Source: Candidatus Latescibacterota bacterium (GTDB lineage: Bacteria; Latescibacterota; UBA2968; UBA8231). Taken from it: DNA of 64,000 nt. This document shows positions 59,383 to 64,000 of this stretch, piece after piece; within the stretch, counting starts at the first letter, position 1; the number at the start of each line of letters is the position of its first letter. Position numbers and translations under genes: made by a program. The notes beneath the pieces are model-generated. The model searched no databases. It was not told the DNA's origin and saw only the letters and a program-made list of their open reading frames with translations. The stretch lies in contig CBDCDC010000001.1 of assembly GCA_965215195.1 (NCBI GenBank), forward strand, positions 288,001 through 352,000, given 5' to 3'.

Positions 59383-59679
59383 TCAAGCACCGGAAAATAC
59401 CACGAAGCCACCCGCCACTGACCGAACCGCTACCAGCAGTCCGCCGCGCGTATAAGATCGGTAGCAGAACTCGTAATCCTCACTTCCGTATCGTGCGAAC
59501 GATTCGTCCGCGAACAGGTCCCGCGGATAGGTTTGGCCTTCGAGTGCCGCCAATGCGGCGGGCGTGTGGTAGTACGGGATGATCGCGCTGACCGGCAGGG
59601 TGGGCGTGAAGGTCTCCAGCGGCTCCACCGCCACCTGCCGCCAGTCGCTATACTGAACGCATGTGGGTTTAGGACGCAC
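59383..59679 (-). pseudogene. Internally deleted miniature GT2 paralog
   Basis: QYSDWRQV..PVSAIIP..QTYPRDLF | DESFARYGSEDYEF | tail matching 61835-61896. Confidence 0.8.
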
Positions 59680-59696
59680 CTCGACAAGTCCCGTAT

Positions 59697-61196
59697 CTAG
59701 TTGTTCCGTAGCAGGTGCCGGAGCCCCCAACGGCTCAACCACTTCACAAACCCCCATGCCTCGCGGGGGCCGTGGAGGTCCCGCGCCCGGTCGCGCAAGC
59801 GCTCCCACTTGGTGGGATAGCCCACCGGATCCGTCGCTGCGGCGCACTCTGCGCCGACCTTGAGCTTCAGAGACGCGGCAGATAGCGTTAGCGCATCGCC
59901 GAAATCGGTGGGGTTGCCGCCCGCACGGTGTGCCCGATGGAGTGCCCAGGTGCGGGTGATCGACACCTCGCTTCCGTCGGGGAGAACCGAAGTGGCGGTG
60001 ACCGCGCTCCGCAGCTTGGTGCGCAAGCGATGCACCAAGCCTTGGGCGAACACGGCCGAGGCGGGAACCGCGACATGGAACGACGACACGGGAAACTCGT
60101 CGAGCGCCGAGCGAGTGGGAGCGACGCGTACGCGCGGGTCCGGCCCGAACACCTCGCGGAGCCACGTTAGACGCTCCTCATTGTCACTCGTCGGCATTTC
60201 GATTCTCACCACCAAGTCGAACACGCGGTCAGCCAAGATGCTCGCGGTGGTCCCGATGACCTGCTCGGCCGGTAGCTGTCCTGCGTCGATAGTTACTACG
60301 TACTGGGGCACCGTGTAGATGCGGCCGGGTCTGGTGCCGCGGAATCCTATGGAGGCGATCAGGTGGGCCGCTTTCCCGTGCTGAATTCGACAGCTCCGGG
60401 ACTTAGCGTCTTGGTCGTCCTCCGCCCAGCGGCCCTGGTGCCAAGCAAGGCCGTCTCGGACCGGGATAAGTAACCCGCCACGGGTGTACGCCCGGTAGGC
60501 GAACTCGGTGTCCTCCGCTCCCCAGCGTGCGAATGATTCGTCGGTTCCGCCCACCAACTCGTAGAAATCCTTGCCAATCCCGCAGTTCCCCCCTAGCATC
60601 GCGCGAAATACGTCGTCGGTCCGCGACGTCAGATCATTGGTCCTTAGCATCAGGCCTTCGAGCTCGGGCGGGTCGGCCGGCCGACCCGAAAACAGCTCCT
60701 TCAGCGACCCTATCCGGTGCCTGATCGTTTCCGCGTTGATGCCGTCCACCGACACATAGGTGCAAAACCCCACGGTCAGAGCGTCGGAGACGACATGGTG
60801 CCACCGGGCGTGCGCCGCCACCCAGCCCGCCTCAGCTATCATGTCGCTGTCGAGAAAGAGCAGGATGTCGCCGGCGGCCGCCCGAACGCCGGTATTCCGC
60901 GCTCGGGCGATTCCGAACCCACGCCGCTCCTGACGCACCACCTTGACGTTTAGCGGGGTCGAGCAGGGCCGCTCCAGCGGCGGCTCGGATCCGTCGTCCA
61001 CGATCAACACCTCGAACAGCTCCCGTGGGTAGGTCTGCCCTTCCAGCGCCACCAAGGTCCTCGCCAGCGTCTCGGCCGGCGTCTGGTAGGCCGGAATGAT
61101 CACGCTGACCGGCATGACGGGCGTGAAGGTATGCAGCGGCTCCACCGCCACCTGTCGCCAGTCGTTGTACCGGACGATCGTCGGTTGAGGCGTCAT
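59697..61196 (-). CDS. GT2 glycosyltransferase (GT2 + GT7C-like motif)
   Basis: VSVIIPAY, VDDGS, ARNTG, FLDSDM, GGN, DESFARWGAEDTEF and AWHQ motifs. Confidence 0.9.
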   Translation of the reverse strand: MTPQPTIVRYNDWRQVAVEPLHTFTPVMPVSVIIPAYQTPAETLARTLVALEGQTYPRELFEVLIVDDGSEPPLERPCSTPLNVKVVRQERRGFGIARARNTGVRAAAGDILLFLDSDMIAEAGWVAAHARWHHVVSDALTVGFCTYVSVDGINAETIRHRIGSLKELFSGRPADPPELEGLMLRTNDLTSRTDDVFRAMLGGNCGIGKDFYELVGGTDESFARWGAEDTEFAYRAYTRGGLLIPVRDGLAWHQGRWAEDDQDAKSRSCRIQHGKAAHLIASIGFRGTRPGRIYTVPQYVVTIDAGQLPAEQVIGTTASILADRVFDLVVRIEMPTSDNEERLTWLREVFGPDPRVRVAPTRSALDEFPVSSFHVAVPASAVFAQGLVHRLRTKLRSAVTATSVLPDGSEVSITRTWALHRAHRAGGNPTDFGDALTLSAASLKLKVGAECAAATDPVGYPTKWERLRDRARDLHGPREAWGFVKWLSRWGLRHLLRNN

Positions 61197-61234
61197 TTCC
61201 CTGTCTTTCACTTGCGACGTTGAACGACGGCCGC

Positions 61235-61663
61235 CTATGGCGCGATGAACCAGAATTTGATGAGCGCGGTGATCATGCCAAGGACCAGTACGCCGCCGGT
61301 GCTGAGTATCGCATAGAGCAAGGTCTTGACCGATTTCTCCATCTCGCTCTGCACCCGCGCAAAGCCCTCGCGCATCTCGCCGCGCACGTGGGCAAATTCG
61401 GCGTCCATCTTGCCGTTGACCGCAGCAAACCCGGCCTCCATCTCACCGCGCACATGGGCAAATTCGGCGTCCATCTTGCCGTTGACCACGGCAAAGCCGG
61501 TCTCCATCTCGCCGCGCACGTGCGCCACCGCTTTGTCCACCCGCGCAAAGCCCTCGCGCATCTCGCCGTTCATCTCGGCCAATTTCGCATCGGCTTGCGC
61601 CGCCTTCTCTCGCATCTCGCCGCGCACGTGGGCAACCTCGGTGCGGACGTTCCCTTCAGCCAT
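61235..61663 (-). CDS. Repeat coiled-coil protein with a C-terminal TM segment (DUF1640/CCDC90-like)
   Basis: AAAGGAG RBS; 66-bp repeats (M..GFA.VNGKMDAEFAHVRGE); hydrophobic C-terminus. Confidence 0.75.
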   Translation of the reverse strand: MAEGNVRTEVAHVRGEMREKAAQADAKLAEMNGEMREGFARVDKAVAHVRGEMETGFAVVNGKMDAEFAHVRGEMEAGFAAVNGKMDAEFAHVRGEMREGFARVQSEMEKSVKTLLYAILSTGGVLVLGMITALIKFWFIAP

Positions 61664-61842
61664 GACCTTGCTCCTTTCAGCAAATGAAGTCAATGATCTA
61701 CCAAGCCAAAAAATAACGAATGTTCCGCAGCGTGTCATCGGCGGCGGACTGGCGATACATAGGCGCACCATCCCAAGTCAAGGCGTCGAATACGGCGTCG
61801 TGCGGCCCGCTGCCCCGTTGAAGTCGTCGGCTGGACCAATAT

Positions 61843-63390
61843 TCACCTCCGCCGCCTCAAGCGCCGGAAAGTACCACGAAGCCACCCGCCACTGATCGCC
61901 GCCTGCCACCGAACCGCGCTGGCCAGCCCCTTGAGGAACCACCAAGCCGCGCTGGGGCTGTGGATGTCCCGCATCCAGTGGCGCAAGACATCCCATGTGG
62001 TGGGATAGTCCAACGCCTTCGTTGAAGCGGCGCAGTCCGCGTCGTCCTTCGGCTTGGCTAGTGCGAGTTTCAGGGACGCGGCAGATATCGTCAGGGCATC
62101 TCCGAAGTCGGCGGGGTTGCCGCCCGCACGATGGGCCCGATGGAGTGCCCACGCACGGGTGATCGACACCTCGCTTCCGTCGGGCAGGACCGAGACCGCG
62201 GTGACCGCAGTCCCCAGCTTGGTGCGCAGACGATGCACCAAGTTTTTGGTGACCGCGGTGGCAGGTAGTGCGATGTGGAACGCCGCCGCGGGAAACTCGT
62301 CGAGCGCCGAGCAGTTGGGACCAATGCGCACCCGCGGGTCCGGCCCGAATTCGTCCCGTAGCCGCGCCCGTAGCTCATCGTCGTCACTTGCTGGCGTTTT
62401 GATTCTCACCACCAAGTCATGCACCCGGTCAGCGAGAATGTTCGCAACGGTCCCGATGACCTGTTCGGAGGGGCAGTCTCTCCCATCAATGGTCACCACG
62501 TACTGGGGTACGCTGAAAATTCGCCCGGGTCTGTTGCTGCGGAACCCGCAATGGGCGATCAGATGGGCTGCTTTCCTGCGCTGGAGTCGATGACTCCATT
62601 CTTTGGCGTTTCCCTCCATCCAGCGGCCTTGGTGCCACGCGAAGGCGTCCCGGACCAGCACCAGCAACCCGCCGAGGGTATAAGCGCGGTAGCCAAACTC
62701 GATGTCCTCCATTCCCCAGCGGGTGAACGATTCGTCGAATCCTCCCATCAATTCGTAGAAAATCCTGCTAATCCCGAGATTTCCGCTGGGCACTACCCTG
62801 AACAAGTCGTCGGCCTTCGACGTCAGATTGTTGGTTCTGGCCATGTGGCTTTCAGCCCAAAACGGATCCGCCGGCCGGTCCGAAAACAGCTCTCTCAACG
62901 GCCCGGTCCGGGATCGAATTGTCTCCGCGCCAATGTCGTCAACCGACATGCAGGTGTAGGGCCCAATGGTCAGGGCGTCGGAGACGGCGTGGTGCCACCG
63001 GGCGTGCGCCGCCATCCAGCCCTCCTCGACGATCATATCGCTGTCGAGAAAGAGCAGAATATCGTGAGCGGCCGCCCGAACGCCGGTGTTCCGCGCCCTA
63101 GAAGCTCCAAACCCACAGCGTTCCTGACGCACCACCTTGACGTCCAACGGCGTTGAGCAAGGCCGCTCCAGCGGCGGCTCCGATCCGTCGTCGACGATCA
63201 CCACCTCGAACAGGTCCCGCGGGTAAGTCTGGCTTTCGAGTGCCGCCAGTGTTCGCTCAAATGTTTCGGCGGGCGTTTGGTAGGCCGGGATGATCACGCT
63301 GACCGGCAGGATGGGCGTGAACGCTTCGGGCACCGGCACCTCCACCTGCCGCCAGTCGTTGTACTGAACGGATGTGGGTTTAGGGCTCAT
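61843..63390 (-). CDS. GT2 glycosyltransferase, paralog of 59697-61196
   Basis: Same motifs, including GGFDESFTRWGMEDIEFGYR. Confidence 0.9.
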   Translation of the reverse strand: MSPKPTSVQYNDWRQVEVPVPEAFTPILPVSVIIPAYQTPAETFERTLAALESQTYPRDLFEVVIVDDGSEPPLERPCSTPLDVKVVRQERCGFGASRARNTGVRAAAHDILLFLDSDMIVEEGWMAAHARWHHAVSDALTIGPYTCMSVDDIGAETIRSRTGPLRELFSDRPADPFWAESHMARTNNLTSKADDLFRVVPSGNLGISRIFYELMGGFDESFTRWGMEDIEFGYRAYTLGGLLVLVRDAFAWHQGRWMEGNAKEWSHRLQRRKAAHLIAHCGFRSNRPGRIFSVPQYVVTIDGRDCPSEQVIGTVANILADRVHDLVVRIKTPASDDDELRARLRDEFGPDPRVRIGPNCSALDEFPAAAFHIALPATAVTKNLVHRLRTKLGTAVTAVSVLPDGSEVSITRAWALHRAHRAGGNPADFGDALTISAASLKLALAKPKDDADCAASTKALDYPTTWDVLRHWMRDIHSPSAAWWFLKGLASAVRWQAAISGGWLRGTFRRLRRRR

Positions 63391-63489
63391 CTTGACTTTC
63401 AGATTGGACGTACATAGAGCAAGTGAACGGCAGACAGTGATGAGCCTTTAAGCAGGAGCATGATAAGGGCGGCGTAATCTCAGTTAATT

Positions 63490-64000
63490 ACTGACGTTAC
63501 GCAGCGTATCTTTTTCGGTTATCTTGCAGGTATGGACAAACAACTCTTAGACTTATATAGCGATTATCTGCTCAGTTCGTTTGGCGCGACCACCGCGACG
63601 GGCTTATCGGCGTTGGTCAAAGGGGCCGTCAGTCATGATCAGGTCACGCGCTTTCTGTCGCGTGCGGACTATGATGCGAAAACGCTGTGGCAACAGATCA
63701 AGCCGCTGGTGCGGTCCATCCAACAGGACGATGGGGTGCTCATCTTCGATGATACGATCCAAGAAAAGCCGCATACCGATGAGAACGACGTCATCTGTTG
63801 GCATTATGATCATAGCCAACATCGTTCGGTCAAGGGCCTCAACCTCCTCCATTGTGTCTATCACGCCGACGGGGTGAGCCTGCCGGTAACGTATGCGTTG
63901 ATCCGCAAACCCATCCTCTTTAGCGAGGTCAAGACCCGTCGGGTCAAGCGCAAGAGCCTCGTTACGAAAAATGAACAGATGCGAGCAATGTTGCGTGTTT
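63490..64000 (+). mobile_element. IS701-family insertion sequence (left end; transposase from ATG 63532 runs off the window)
   Basis: An ORF absent from the track: MDKQLLDLYSDYLLSSFGATTATGLS...SHDQVTRFL...LIFDDTIQEKP.TDEN...WHYDH; candidate terminal IR actgacgttacgcag. Confidence 0.88.

Overview
This is a GC-rich bacterial window. Gene content suggests a diderm, probably host-associated lineage such as a sponge-symbiont-like Latescibacterota/FCB/PVC-adjacent organism (inference only). Bases 1-44 kb are mostly core or near-core genes: a TPR lipoprotein with a LolB-like partner, a Gfo/Idh/MocA oxidoreductase, a duplicated-spondin acidic lipoprotein, dppAB, larC, an M23 peptidase, rlmN, PBP1A, a frameshifted TPR/FG-GAP/ASPIC protein, tRNA-Gly(GCC), a TolC / MlaC-DUF3047 / MlaC / MMPL lipid-transport-like operon, a uvrA paralog, queC, queF, accA, an aminotransferase and argJ. 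From about 44.1 kb to the end is a heavily rearranged surface-glycan island. It holds KfoC-like GT2 paralogs, a family-2 sulfotransferase, a Wzx flippase, a poly-C-frameshifted GT-C-like membrane protein and deacetylase/FemAB remnants. These are interleaved with gene-sized Uma2 and AAA/PD-(D/E)XK nuclease units, toxin-antitoxin fragments and an IS701-family element. The best novelty candidates are a possible sulfated GAG-like glycan pathway with phase variation, ORF-only mobile nuclease cassettes, and the MlaC-DUF3047 transporter. All family assignments are by eye from motifs, with no database searches.
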